Positions 1 through 9,588 of a stretch of DNA of 64,000 bases are shown in pieces (position 1 is the stretch's first letter; the number at the start of each line of letters is the position of its first letter). The DNA is taken from the IMG/VR virus record IMGVR_UViG_3300012665_001179; one strand, given 5' to 3'. This DNA is from an uncultured virus (IMG/VR IMGVR_UViG_3300012665_001179). Taxonomy: Duplodnaviria; Heunggongvirae; Uroviricota; Caudoviricetes. Position numbers and translations under genes: made by a program. A model generated the notes under the pieces. It was not told the DNA's origin, ran no database searches, and worked only from the letters and a program-made list of their open reading frames with translations.

Positions 1-1356
1 TTCTTTAGTTTGTTGGCTAGCATCAATTATAGTTTTTTCTGCTTCTGGTGAAGAAATATTATTAAAGAAATCTTGTGTTGCATTTGCTGTAATTTCAAAT
101 TGGTTTTGAACGTTTTGAAATGAATCGGAGAATCTATCTATAATTGTTGGAGGTTGTGTATCACTTACAACACCACTTACAATACCACCAGCAATAGCTG
201 ATTTCAATTCTGAAATTAATTCAGCTGCACACTGAGCAACAATCGAAGCTATGATTGCTGGTAATGATAATAACCATTTTAAAAGTTCTGCGGCAAGTTT
301 AATCAATTCCTGTATTGCTGTAATTAACTTTTTAATTACTTTTACAAACTTCAATATTCGTTTTAATTCACTAGCAAATTTTCTTATCTTATTTCTAATT
401 GTTTGTATTAATGGTGAGGTAGATTCACTAGCAAAATATGCTTCTAATTTCTCACGTATTGCTGAAATAGCTTGTCGAACTAATAAAACAAATTCATAGA
501 TTGCTTGTTTTGTTGATTGTGATATACTACAAACATGCACTCTATTTTTATCAGCCTGTTCAATTGTTGAACCCACATAACAAGAATTGTTATTTGGAAT
601 TCCGTTACCTCTATTTAGGTCAGAGCCAGACGTACTTTTGGCTCGTGATGCTAATGGTGAAATAGCTCCACAACCATGAAATTGAGATGCACTAATAATT
701 GTTCCGTAAGGTGCCATTGGTTCTATAAGTGCGTCAGCTATAGAAAGAGTTACACCCCAACCATCATTTTCATTTCTCGATAATAATATTTTTATTTGAA
801 TGTCATTAAATTTGTAAGAAGAATAATTATTTAAAAAATTTTTGATGTAATCATATCTCGATTTTTTCTTATCGTCAGGAGAATAATATTCTTCGTAAAC
901 TTTTCTAAGTTCTTTTTCAAAGAGACTTAATCCTACAGGATTTCTATGCAAATCTTCTCTAAGTTTCAACCAGTTTAAATCTCTAGGAACACCAGTTTTA
1001 TACAACTCCTCCATAGCAACTGGATAGTGCTGCCAAATTTTTTTGTAGTAATTATTAACAGCATTGATTGGTGTGTCACCAGCAGGTAAAGACATTTCAC
1101 CTGTATATTTACCTTGTACGTTTAAAGTACCTGTGTTATCAAGATAACTACCATAAACAAAATCATTTAATTGTAATGAACAATTTTCAAAAGCAGTACT
1201 ATTAACAGACCACGGCAAAGCGGCTGTAGGAAGTGCTTGTCGATTGTATGTCTGGTCTAATCTACGAACTCTAACTCTTCCTTGAAGTGTAGGGTCTTTA
1301 TTATCTTCAACAACACCGTACCAAACAGTATTAAGATTTCTATCGTAATAAGTCAT
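1..1356 (-). CDS. gp5-like baseplate hub/needle N-terminal (OB-fold) protein, partial (runs off left edge; missing from ORF track)
   Basis: Hand translation from ATG at 1356 gives MTYYDRNLNTVWYGVVEDNKDPTLQGRVRVR...LPWS, the gp5/VgrG OB-fold motif. The frame is open to position 1 and follows the gp27-like and gp53 genes. Confidence 0.7.
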   Translation of the reverse strand, partial: MTYYDRNLNTVWYGVVEDNKDPTLQGRVRVRRLDQTYNRQALPTAALPWSVNSTAFENCSLQLNDFVYGSYLDNTGTLNVQGKYTGEMSLPAGDTPINAVNNYYKKIWQHYPVAMEELYKTGVPRDLNWLKLREDLHRNPVGLSLFEKELRKVYEEYYSPDDKKKSRYDYIKNFLNNYSSYKFNDIQIKILLSRNENDGWGVTLSIADALIEPMAPYGTIISASQFHGCGAISPLASRAKSTSGSDLNRGNGIPNNNSCYVGSTIEQADKNRVHVCSISQSTKQAIYEFVLLVRQAISAIREKLEAYFASESTSPLIQTIRNKIRKFASELKRILKFVKVIKKLITAIQELIKLAAELLKWLLSLPAIIASIVAQCAAELISELKSAIAGGIVSGVVSDTQPPTIIDRFSDSFQNVQNQFEITANATQDFFNNISSPEAEKTIIDASQQTKE

Positions 1357-1359
1357 GTT

Positions 1360-2703
1360 TTAACCTGATATAGTTTGCAAAGGCGAACTAGCGTAATACG
1401 CATTTTTATTTACTGTAGAATTTGTTGAATCTGTAACAGCTTCAACTACCACTTCATGCATATTGTTTTTTGCTTTAATTATATGCCTAGTTGCAGTTAT
1501 TAAATAGTTTCCAGTTAAAGATTTATCATGAACATCTTCATCTTCCGATTTATAACCTCTAGTGGGAACAAATACACCAATACTTCTACCACATGTTATA
1601 TCAAAATCACCATTTAATACCATTTTTATTTGTCTTGTATTCAAAGAATCAAATATTGCGGATCTTTGAAACTTAATCTTTTCGGTCATTTCTAAAAATG
1701 TAATTGACTCTCTATCACCGGTTTTAACAAAATCACTATCTCGCCTTGATGTTTGAAATGGGTGAATTACAATCTTGGAATTAAACATTTCTGTATTTTT
1801 TAAACCCGCACGATTCTCTATTTCTGTTAGTAAAGGACTCTTATTAAGATGATTAGGAATAGTATTGTAATGGTCAGCATAATTTAAATTTTCTACAGTT
1901 ATGGTTTTTGTTAATGGATCAAACCCAATAAATGTACCAGCATATACGCCTTTTCTAACATTGTCTAAAAAGTTATTTTGGTTTTTAACTTCAAAATGTT
2001 TAACGCCACGCAAATGTTCAAATTGAGTTGAGTTGCTTAAATTTTTTACTGTAAGATTAACATTAACAACATTCGGTCTACTATAAATTTGATTTAATGA
2101 TGTAAAATTATATCCCTCTCGATTTTCAAAAAACAAAAAACACGGAGAAAGATTTTCATCTAAGGATTTAGATGCACACCACCGTATAGCTTCTAATGGT
2201 GTCAAAGTCGGTATAGATATTTTTCTAATGCCTTGAGAATCTTTAAAAGCTCCTAAATTATTTGTCGTTATTCCCAAATACTGAGACATTATTTTAAATG
2301 CAGCATCAGAGTATGTTGTAGTATATGATTGTGATAGTTTCATTTGTTCAGATAAGACTAATTCTTCTGAACAGAAGTATAGAATATAACTTTCACTTGT
2401 TTGTGACATATTCTTACGTTCACTTTGTTTATAGATTCTGAATGATTTTTCTATCGATACAAAATTCTCCGATTTACTAATCTTAATTCTCAATACTTCA
2501 GAACCATCAAATAACAATTTTTCGGATAAGTTAACCGAATCTTGTATAAGAATACTACCCATAATGCAAGGTGAATAGATACTATCAAAAATATCTATCT
2601 CAACATACATTGCCGTAATATCAAGTATTTGATCTTTTTTAGTTATTATAGAAAGTTCTTCTATAACAAACTGCGAAGGTTGTGTTATTGTAGTTTCGCT
2701 CAT
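1360..2703 (-). CDS. baseplate hub protein (gp27/gpD-like)
   Basis: IDIFDSIYSPCIMGSILIQD, FLFFENREGYNF, LTGNYLITATRH motifs; sits between gp53 and gp5-like genes. Confidence 0.6.
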   Translation of the reverse strand: MSETTITQPSQFVIEELSIITKKDQILDITAMYVEIDIFDSIYSPCIMGSILIQDSVNLSEKLLFDGSEVLRIKISKSENFVSIEKSFRIYKQSERKNMSQTSESYILYFCSEELVLSEQMKLSQSYTTTYSDAAFKIMSQYLGITTNNLGAFKDSQGIRKISIPTLTPLEAIRWCASKSLDENLSPCFLFFENREGYNFTSLNQIYSRPNVVNVNLTVKNLSNSTQFEHLRGVKHFEVKNQNNFLDNVRKGVYAGTFIGFDPLTKTITVENLNYADHYNTIPNHLNKSPLLTEIENRAGLKNTEMFNSKIVIHPFQTSRRDSDFVKTGDRESITFLEMTEKIKFQRSAIFDSLNTRQIKMVLNGDFDITCGRSIGVFVPTRGYKSEDEDVHDKSLTGNYLITATRHIIKAKNNMHEVVVEAVTDSTNSTVNKNAYYASSPLQTISG

Positions 2704-3347
2704 GTCATTATATTACGAAATTCTTGGTCTACCGCACCAACAAAATCAGGCTTCAATATTTTAATATCTCGTTTTGATTCGTTCAACTCATCTTCATATT
2801 GATAATAAGTTTTAGTTTCCTTACTTACTAAAAATGTATATCTATCACCACTCTGTAATGTATATGTTGATGTATTCGTTGATGTATTAGCATAAGTTGC
2901 AGCATTCACTTGATATGTAACTGAATCAACAACTTGATTATTAGAGTTTCTCTTAGACTCAGTTACAAAATAACCATAAGTGTTAGTTCTTGCCCAAGTT
3001 GTACCTGCACCCACGTTTGAATTATTGGCATAAGAAGCTGCACGATACTTAACATCAATATACTTTTCTAAACTAGTAGAAGGCAAAGGCCAATCTAATA
3101 ATGGATTAACTATATCGTTCATCAATAAAATAATCCAATGTTTTTCGGATGAACCATAAAACTTATGTGCTAATATTTCAGGTGTTTCACTCTCTTGCAC
3201 TGAATACGTATCAAACACCACTGAATTATTTTTAAAATCTTTTTCGAAACTAAAAAAGGTTGTTAGATTGGTTAAAGTATCGACCGAAGTAGATTCTTCA
3301 TCAATATAATAATCAGTCTTAGGATAGTATCTGTAAAATTTTGCCAT
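2700..3347 (-). CDS. gp53: baseplate wedge subunit gp53 (LysM-like)
   Basis: ETPEILAHKFYG..HWIILLMNDIVNPLLDWP and YEDELNESKRDIKILKP motifs. Confidence 0.9.
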   Translation of the reverse strand: MAKFYRYYPKTDYYIDEESTSVDTLTNLTTFFSFEKDFKNNSVVFDTYSVQESETPEILAHKFYGSSEKHWIILLMNDIVNPLLDWPLPSTSLEKYIDVKYRAASYANNSNVGAGTTWARTNTYGYFVTESKRNSNNQVVDSVTYQVNAATYANTSTNTSTYTLQSGDRYTFLVSKETKTYYQYEDELNESKRDIKILKPDFVGAVDQEFRNIMT

Positions 3348-3353
3348 TTTTAT

Positions 3354-4598
3354 TTACTGTCTAGGATTTGTTTCATTATTTTGTTTCTTTTGATCCGCAG
3401 AGGATTCAAAATTAGACTTAGTGAGAATTTCGAGTTCTTGAAATTGTAAATTTAATCTCATAGCTACTGGTGTACCTGTTCCGCCTACGGTAGGTTTTGA
3501 TGACAATGTTTCATATGTAGCAAATCCATTTGGTGAATAATCTACAGACATATTAGTTAATGCACAAGTAGATATTCTAGGTATATTTGGATTTTCTCTA
3601 CCATTGTAATAGAATTGTATATCAAATTCAGAAGGTGGTACTAAAAAGAAACCACCAACACCACCTGCAAATTTGGATGAGAGAACTTCTGGTGCTTGGT
3701 GAAATTTAAACAATCGAATAATTTCATGCACATCTTGAGCTTCTCTTTGTGATCTTGGATAAAACATAAATTCAAAACTAAAACCTCTAAACTCAGGCGT
3801 AGTGTAAACCATTTCTAATTGAGGGTTAATAACTGTACCAAATGCACCTGTCGCTAATGCTCTTAATTGAGGATCTTTTAATGCTGCTGCCAAAAAAGGA
3901 GTTGCATTTTTACCAAGTTCATAAGCAATTTTATCAGCTGGCATGCCTTTGAATCTACTCAATGCCGAAGCACCGGCTGCAGCTGCAGCAAGAGCACCAC
4001 CTCCAAATCCAATATCATTATATCTTTGTGTTTGTGTAAATGCTAAAGTATCCGGCATATACAATGCGATAGTATCTTTTGTTCTTCTGATGGTTCTCAT
4101 GAAACCAGCATTATTTAAATTTGAATTTGATTCTTTTACAACATCACCAGCACCTCGGACAGCTTCTGATGCAAGATTAATTGCTCCGCCTGCCAGTTCT
4201 CTTTGTTTATCAGCTAAAGATGTAGCATTATTAACTTTTTTTAATAAAAAATTATTGATAGCACTGCCTGCGGTTTGTGCGGCTTTGATACCAATTTCAC
4301 CTGCAGCTCCAGCTGAAGAACCTATATTTACGTCTGTTCCAAACCTTGCAGCGGCTCTTGATCTTGATGCAAAAATAGTAGGTTCATCATTAGAAAATGA
4401 ATATCTATCGTATGTTGTTTTTTTCTGAACATTGATATGAAAAACCATATAATGTCCTTTATCAGAACTTGTACCAACATCGATAGGATATCTCTTAGAT
4501 GTTGTACTATAATCACCAACATAATTTGAAGATGATGCTACCTCCAGGTTTCGTTTACTGTCCTGAACGGAAACATCTAAAAGATTGAAAATTGGCAT
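3354..4598 (-). CDS. gp48: baseplate tail tube cap gp48
   Basis: IALYMP, INPQLEMVY..PEFRGFSFEFMFYPRSQREA, CALTNMSVDYSP, LNLQFQELEILTK. Confidence 0.85.
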   Translation of the reverse strand: MPIFNLLDVSVQDSKRNLEVASSSNYVGDYSTTSKRYPIDVGTSSDKGHYMVFHINVQKKTTYDRYSFSNDEPTIFASRSRAAARFGTDVNIGSSAGAAGEIGIKAAQTAGSAINNFLLKKVNNATSLADKQRELAGGAINLASEAVRGAGDVVKESNSNLNNAGFMRTIRRTKDTIALYMPDTLAFTQTQRYNDIGFGGGALAAAAAGASALSRFKGMPADKIAYELGKNATPFLAAALKDPQLRALATGAFGTVINPQLEMVYTTPEFRGFSFEFMFYPRSQREAQDVHEIIRLFKFHQAPEVLSSKFAGGVGGFFLVPPSEFDIQFYYNGRENPNIPRISTCALTNMSVDYSPNGFATYETLSSKPTVGGTGTPVAMRLNLQFQELEILTKSNFESSADQKKQNNETNPRQ

Positions 4599-4622
4599 AC
4601 ATAATCCTAGGTTGAATACCTT

Positions 4623-4630
4623 TATTTATA
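4623..4630 (-). promoter_or_regulatory. T4-type late promoter TATAAATA for gp48 operon
   Basis: Exact TATAAATA about 25 nt upstream of gp48 start. Confidence 0.75.
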
Positions 4631-4654
4631 CTACAAATTTCTAAATTACCGCAA

Positions 4655-5092
4655 ATGGCACATTATAAACAGGGAAGATATAAAGTAAAAAACAGGCAAA
4701 AGTATGCTGGTGATCCTGACAATGTAATCTACAGGAGCTCATGGGAGTTACTAGTCCTAAAGTGGTTGGATGACCATCCAGACATCGTTTACTTTGCTTC
4801 TGAAGAGTTGGTCATTCCTTATCTAAATCCCGTTGACGGTAGAGTTCATCGGTACTTTCCAGATTTTATTATTAAGGTAAGAGATAAAAATAACAAGATT
4901 ACCACATATGTACTTGAGGTAAAACCAGAAGTTCAGACCAGAATGCCCACACAAAGAAAGAAAACTCAGAAGTTTATTAAAGAATCCATGACGTATGCGG
5001 TAAATCAGGCTAAGTGGAAATACGCTAATGAATACTGCATAGATAAAGGTTGGAAGTTTAAAGTAATAACGGAAAAGGATTTAGGTATTTAA
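4655..5092 (+). CDS. gp4: head completion protein gp4 (TnsA-like nuclease fold)
   Basis: KYAGDPDNVIYRSSWE, HRYFPDF, LEVKP, VNQAKW, FKVITEKDL. Confidence 0.9.
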   Translation: MAHYKQGRYKVKNRQKYAGDPDNVIYRSSWELLVLKWLDDHPDIVYFASEELVIPYLNPVDGRVHRYFPDFIIKVRDKNNKITTYVLEVKPEVQTRMPTQRKKTQKFIKESMTYAVNQAKWKYANEYCIDKGWKFKVITEKDLGI

Positions 5093-5169
5093 TTTCAAAC
5101 CGGACACCAATATCTATGCTCCGAAGTATGAAAAAAGCAGGTAAATAATGAGGTTGAGATAAATAGATC

Positions 5170-5748
5170 ATGGCAACTATAATAGACAACGTAAATCAAA
5201 GACTCTCCAGACTTGGATACATCAACGGTTCGAGAGATGCACGTACATGGCTAAGAACAAAGGTAAACAGTCTCAAAGCGACTCCTAGTGCGTTAATGAG
5301 TGATCGTGAGAGACTTAGAAGTCAGAGTATAATAGGTAGAATGTATTTTTACTATTATGACCCGAAGACTAAAGATCAATTAAAGTATTATGATAAATTC
5401 CCACTAGTTATACCCATCGAAAGATACGGTGATGGTTTTCTGGGTTTGAATTTGCATTACGTTGAACCTAAGGTAAGATTTATTTTATTGGATAAGTTAA
5501 GTGCATATACCAATAATAAAATGTACGATGAAACTACTAGATTGCGTTTAAGTTATCAAACTCTCAAATCGGCATCAAGTATATTTGAAGCAACACCATG
5601 TATAAAAAGATATTTGTATAGTCATGTAAAATCCAGATTTTTAGAGATTAATGCGAATGAATGGGACATAGCTGCTATATTGCCTGTAGAGAGTTTTGAG
5701 AAAAAAACAAAAGAACACGTATTCAACGAATCAAGGAAAAAATTCTAA
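5170..5748 (+). CDS. gp2: DNA end protector protein gp2
   Basis: GRMYFYYYDPKTK.L.YYDKFPLV, GFLGLNLHY, PCIKRYLYSHVKS; GATAAATA late-promoter-like element at 5158-5165. Confidence 0.9.
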   Translation: MATIIDNVNQRLSRLGYINGSRDARTWLRTKVNSLKATPSALMSDRERLRSQSIIGRMYFYYYDPKTKDQLKYYDKFPLVIPIERYGDGFLGLNLHYVEPKVRFILLDKLSAYTNNKMYDETTRLRLSYQTLKSASSIFEATPCIKRYLYSHVKSRFLEINANEWDIAAILPVESFEKKTKEHVFNESRKKF

Positions 5749-6482
5749 TGTCATTCGCACCAGGTTTATTCTTATCACATGTAAAAGGAAAAGGTGGTTT
5801 AGCCAGACCTAACCGTTTCATGGTGATATTACCAATTCCAAAATACATTGGTAACTTTATCGAAGCCAGTGTATTCGATTCAATCTTAAATATTCCAGGA
5901 GCTGTTGTAACTTCTGTTGCTGAGACTTTGACGAATACATTTAATGGAAATTCAGATGCTAAAAATTATAGTGATCCTGCTATTTCACGTTATCTTGGTT
6001 TACAATGTGATACAGCTGAGTTACCCGCTAAATCATTAGCTACAAGTGACGTTAAGATATATGGTCCCACATATAAAGTTCCATATCAAACAAACTACAC
6101 AGAATCAACCTTAGGTTTTTTATGTACTAACGATTTCTATGAACGTAAACTGTTTGATCGTTGGATGGAAGCAATTATGCCACCAGATACAAACAACTTA
6201 CGTTTTCCTCGTGATGAGGATACTAGATATACAACAAATATAAAAGTTATTCAATATGATGATTATATTAAACAAGTTTATGCCGTAGAATTAATTGATG
6301 CATTTCCTACAGCTATTGCTGCACAATCACTGAGTTGGGCTGATGACGGTTTTCATCGTTTATCTGTAACATTCTCTTATCAGAAATATAGACCAATATA
6401 TGCAGGTGAGTATGACATTGGTACAGTATTCCGTGTTTTTGCAGGTAGCCAATTGGAGAGCGCAATAGCAAATATTTTTTAA
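5748..6482 (+). CDS. tail tube initiator gp54 / gp19-like tube protein
   Basis: GLARPNRF, CDTAELP, ERKLFDRWM, LIDAFP, LSVTFSY. Confidence 0.75.
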   Translation: MSFAPGLFLSHVKGKGGLARPNRFMVILPIPKYIGNFIEASVFDSILNIPGAVVTSVAETLTNTFNGNSDAKNYSDPAISRYLGLQCDTAELPAKSLATSDVKIYGPTYKVPYQTNYTESTLGFLCTNDFYERKLFDRWMEAIMPPDTNNLRFPRDEDTRYTTNIKVIQYDDYIKQVYAVELIDAFPTAIAAQSLSWADDGFHRLSVTFSYQKYRPIYAGEYDIGTVFRVFAGSQLESAIANIF

Positions 6483-6494
6483 ACTGGAGATACT

Positions 6495-7226
6495 ATGTTA
6501 CCAAAAATTGATGTGCCTGTATATGAAGCAATATTGCCTTCTAATAAAAAGACTGTAAAGTTTAGACCGTTCTTAGTCAAAGAGCAAAAGTTATTGTTGA
6601 TGGCTTCACAAGGAACTGAAGTCAAAGAAACGATTGACGCTATTAAACAGATTTTAAAGAATTGTGTTTTAAGTGAAGTTGATATCGATACGTTACCTGT
6701 ATTTGATTTAGAATTTCTTTTCTTGAATCTGCGTGCTAGATCGGTAAACGAAATGGTTAGTATTCGGTATAAATGTAACAATCAGATTACGGATAGTGAA
6801 GGTGAAATTAAAGTATGTTCAGGTCATGTTGATTATGAATTGAATGTTTTAGATATTAAGCCTGAATTTGGTCCGAATCATACCAACAAAATAATGATTT
6901 CTGAAAATATGGGTATGGTATTAAAATATCCTACATTTGAGACAATGAGAAAATTAGAATCTACAGATGAGAATGAAATGGTTTTTGAATTATTATTAAA
7001 TTGTGTTGATTTCATTTTCGATAAAGATCAGATTTATTATAGTAAAGATGTACCTAAAGAAGAATTAGTGGAATTTATAGATAATCTACAACAAAAGCAT
7101 TTAGAGTTAATTAAAGAATTTTTTGATTCAATGCCTAAAGTAAAAAAAGATTTAGATTTTAAATGTTCGAAATGCGGACATGAAGATAAAATCACTATCG
7201 AAGGAGTACAAAGTTTTTTCGTATAG
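6495..7226 (+). CDS. gp26: baseplate hub assembly chaperone gp26
   Basis: LPKIDVPVYE..LPS..KVKFRPFLVKEQKLLL, FDLEFLFLNLRARSVNE, C-terminal CxxC and EGVQSFF. Confidence 0.9.
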   Translation: MLPKIDVPVYEAILPSNKKTVKFRPFLVKEQKLLLMASQGTEVKETIDAIKQILKNCVLSEVDIDTLPVFDLEFLFLNLRARSVNEMVSIRYKCNNQITDSEGEIKVCSGHVDYELNVLDIKPEFGPNHTNKIMISENMGMVLKYPTFETMRKLESTDENEMVFELLLNCVDFIFDKDQIYYSKDVPKEELVEFIDNLQQKHLELIKEFFDSMPKVKKDLDFKCSKCGHEDKITIEGVQSFFV

Positions 7227-7417
7227 CTCTTTCCCATGAAAATTTATCAAACTACTTTCAGACTAACTTTGCATTAATGCAACATCACAAATATAGTTTA
7301 ACTGAATTGGAGAACATGATACCTTGGGAAAGAGAAACTTATATGGCACTACTGGTGAACTTCTTAGAAAAAGAAAAACAACAACGAGAAGCAGAAAAAA
7401 ATAACAGAAAGAGATAA
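7214..7417 (+). CDS. gp51: gp51-like segment (first ATG at 7277 gives 46 aa; probably made as a -1 frameshift extension of gp26)
   Basis: The -1 frame reads FFRIALSHENLSNYFQTNFALMQHHKYSLTELENMIPWERETYMALL...; absent from ORF track. Confidence 0.8.
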   Translation, partial: FFRIALSHENLSNYFQTNFALMQHHKYSLTELENMIPWERETYMALLVNFLEKEKQQREAEKNNRKR

Positions 7418-7419
7418 TC

Positions 7420-9558
7420 ATGGCAAAACTGCCCGATTCATTTTATAAAGATATATCAAAAACATTTAATACTGCAAAATCACTGGACGATATACGGTCA
7501 GGATTTAGTTCGGCTTATGCTAAATCGGTTAAAAAATCATTAGGTATTTCTAGGGGTAGTTTTTTTGATAAAGTTATAGGTTCTAAAAATGATAAAAAAT
7601 CTAGTGCTGTTGAATCTATAAGTTCTTCTAGTGTGCGTGTATTATCCAAAAATTCAATGTTCTTGCCTGTTATTGCTAAAGAAATGAATATAATGCGTCA
7701 GAATATTCAATTGATGGTAAAGAGGCAAGGTCGTGAGCCAAAGTATAAAGTAGATTTTTCATCAACAGGAAAAACACCGACTGTACCTTCAGCGTCTAAA
7801 TCTAGTAAAAAAGGAAGCATTTTCGGAGGTTCATCCGATTCGGAAGATAATTCAGAAAACAATTCTTCTATGTTTTCTGGTATGGGTGTGCTTCGATTAT
7901 TAAGTAAAGGTCGTCTTTTATTACCAGCACTTATTGGTTTACTTAGTGCCGGTTATCTAACATCAGTATTATATAGAGCATTACCTTTTCGAAAAATAGC
8001 TTCAGACTTTACCAAAATATTTAATGATGCTATATCTGGAATGGCACAATTTTTTGGGTTAGATGGTTTTCTAGGCGATACCATAGAGAAAATAAGAAAT
8101 TTTTTTGGCATGAAGCAAGAAGAAGGATTTTTGGATCTCATAGCAAGAAAACTTGATGAAACTTTTAAAACAACTTTTTTTAGTGATAATTTGAATAGAG
8201 CTGGAAATTTAATACGTAATGCTGCCGAAGATACTGTAATATTTTTAAAAAATGCTTATGCTACAATAATGAAATATGTTTCCGCAACGATGATGACTGT
8301 AGGCGATATTATGAATGCTTTAGGTACAGATGTTAAAAACTATTTACTTATTTGGTTAGATTCTAATCGAGTAGAATTATACACGATTATGGGTGGTGTT
8401 CTTGGTGCTGTTTTAGGAACAGTATTTGGGTCTGTTGGTACATTAGCCGGAGGAATGGTAGGCGCTGCTTTTGGTAAAGAAAGAGCTAAACATGATGAAA
8501 AAGAAAGAGATAGAATTATTAAAGCAAACGCTGGCGATACTGAAGCCGCATTTTCTAAGAGTAGTTTAATTGCCGCACACTTAAAAAGATTTATAGATTT
8601 TCAGGAAACAATGGGCACAAAAGATGGTGAAAAAATAGTATTTTCCAACAATAGAAATTTTTTAGAGGGACTTGCTAAATTACAAGGACTTCGTGAAAAC
8701 GCATATGAGGGTAAGAACATTGATTTTGGATGGGTTAAAGACCAATATGAAAATTATGCAAACACCAGTCGAGTATTAGGCGGTTCTCTTCTATCTAAAA
8801 AAGGAACTCATGAATTAGAAAAGTTTGATGTTGTTCAAAGACAAACTGAAAATCTGAAAACTGCTGGAGAGATGTACCCTTTAGAAAAGTATCCAACAAG
8901 AGCTTATCCTGTAGATAATGTTAGAATGCCAACAGGCACACAACTATTCGGAGCTGATAGAACCAATTCTCAAGGAAAATCATATAAACACGGCGGAGTA
9001 GATTATACTGGAAACATTGGTGATCCAATTTACGCTATGCATGATGGTATAGTACAAATTAGAAATCAACCTAAAGGTATGGGTAAATATATTATCATCA
9101 AGGGTGCAAATGGATCAACCGTATATGGTCATCTCAGAGAGGGTCGTGAAGACTATATCAAAGTCAAGACTGGCGATTCTGTTAAATACGGCCAACAAAT
9201 TGCTGAGATGGGTGATAGTGGAAATGCTAGCGGTAAACCACAATTACATTTCGAAGCTTACAGTGGTGATGCTTTCACGAGCACTAGATTAGATCCAACT
9301 GAATTCCTTAAAGGCCTTCCAGTAAGGCCTACAATGGAAAGTCCTACTAGTAGTAGAGGAGGTTTAATATCAGATGTTACTCAAAGTGCTGAGAAAAATT
9401 TTATCGATCCGTTAGTCAAGAAGTTTGATGAAATGATTGCAGCATTCCTGTCGAAAGATACCAATGTTGTTGTCAATACTTCTTCTGATTCTGTACCTGC
9501 TGAACCATACAGTGAAGAACAACTAGCAAATTATAAACTGTCAGGTATCAACTTCTAA
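7420..9558 (+). CDS. tape-measure/gp29-like virion protein with C-terminal M23 peptidase domain
   Basis: Helical Gly/Ala-rich body; C-terminal HGGVD, STVYGHL, GDSGNASGKPQLHFE, LDP; located after gp26/gp51. Confidence 0.65.
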   Translation: MAKLPDSFYKDISKTFNTAKSLDDIRSGFSSAYAKSVKKSLGISRGSFFDKVIGSKNDKKSSAVESISSSSVRVLSKNSMFLPVIAKEMNIMRQNIQLMVKRQGREPKYKVDFSSTGKTPTVPSASKSSKKGSIFGGSSDSEDNSENNSSMFSGMGVLRLLSKGRLLLPALIGLLSAGYLTSVLYRALPFRKIASDFTKIFNDAISGMAQFFGLDGFLGDTIEKIRNFFGMKQEEGFLDLIARKLDETFKTTFFSDNLNRAGNLIRNAAEDTVIFLKNAYATIMKYVSATMMTVGDIMNALGTDVKNYLLIWLDSNRVELYTIMGGVLGAVLGTVFGSVGTLAGGMVGAAFGKERAKHDEKERDRIIKANAGDTEAAFSKSSLIAAHLKRFIDFQETMGTKDGEKIVFSNNRNFLEGLAKLQGLRENAYEGKNIDFGWVKDQYENYANTSRVLGGSLLSKKGTHELEKFDVVQRQTENLKTAGEMYPLEKYPTRAYPVDNVRMPTGTQLFGADRTNSQGKSYKHGGVDYTGNIGDPIYAMHDGIVQIRNQPKGMGKYIIIKGANGSTVYGHLREGREDYIKVKTGDSVKYGQQIAEMGDSGNASGKPQLHFEAYSGDAFTSTRLDPTEFLKGLPVRPTMESPTSSRGGLISDVTQSAEKNFIDPLVKKFDEMIAAFLSKDTNVVVNTSSDSVPAEPYSEEQLANYKLSGINF

Positions 9559-9584
9559 AAAAAAGGAACCTTTCGGTTCCTTTT
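9557..9584. terminator. bidirectional intrinsic terminator
   Basis: A8-GGAACC TTTC GGTTCC-T4 between convergent genes. Confidence 0.85.
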
Positions 9585-9588
9585 AATC

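Noticed and set aside
251..4428. Plus-strand ORFs 251-499 and 3943-4428, and similar shadow ORFs such as 57926-58381
   Set aside because: Antisense shadows of well-supported minus-strand genes
4655..5092. TnsA transposase
   Set aside because: This is T4 gp4 in its usual position; no transposon ends
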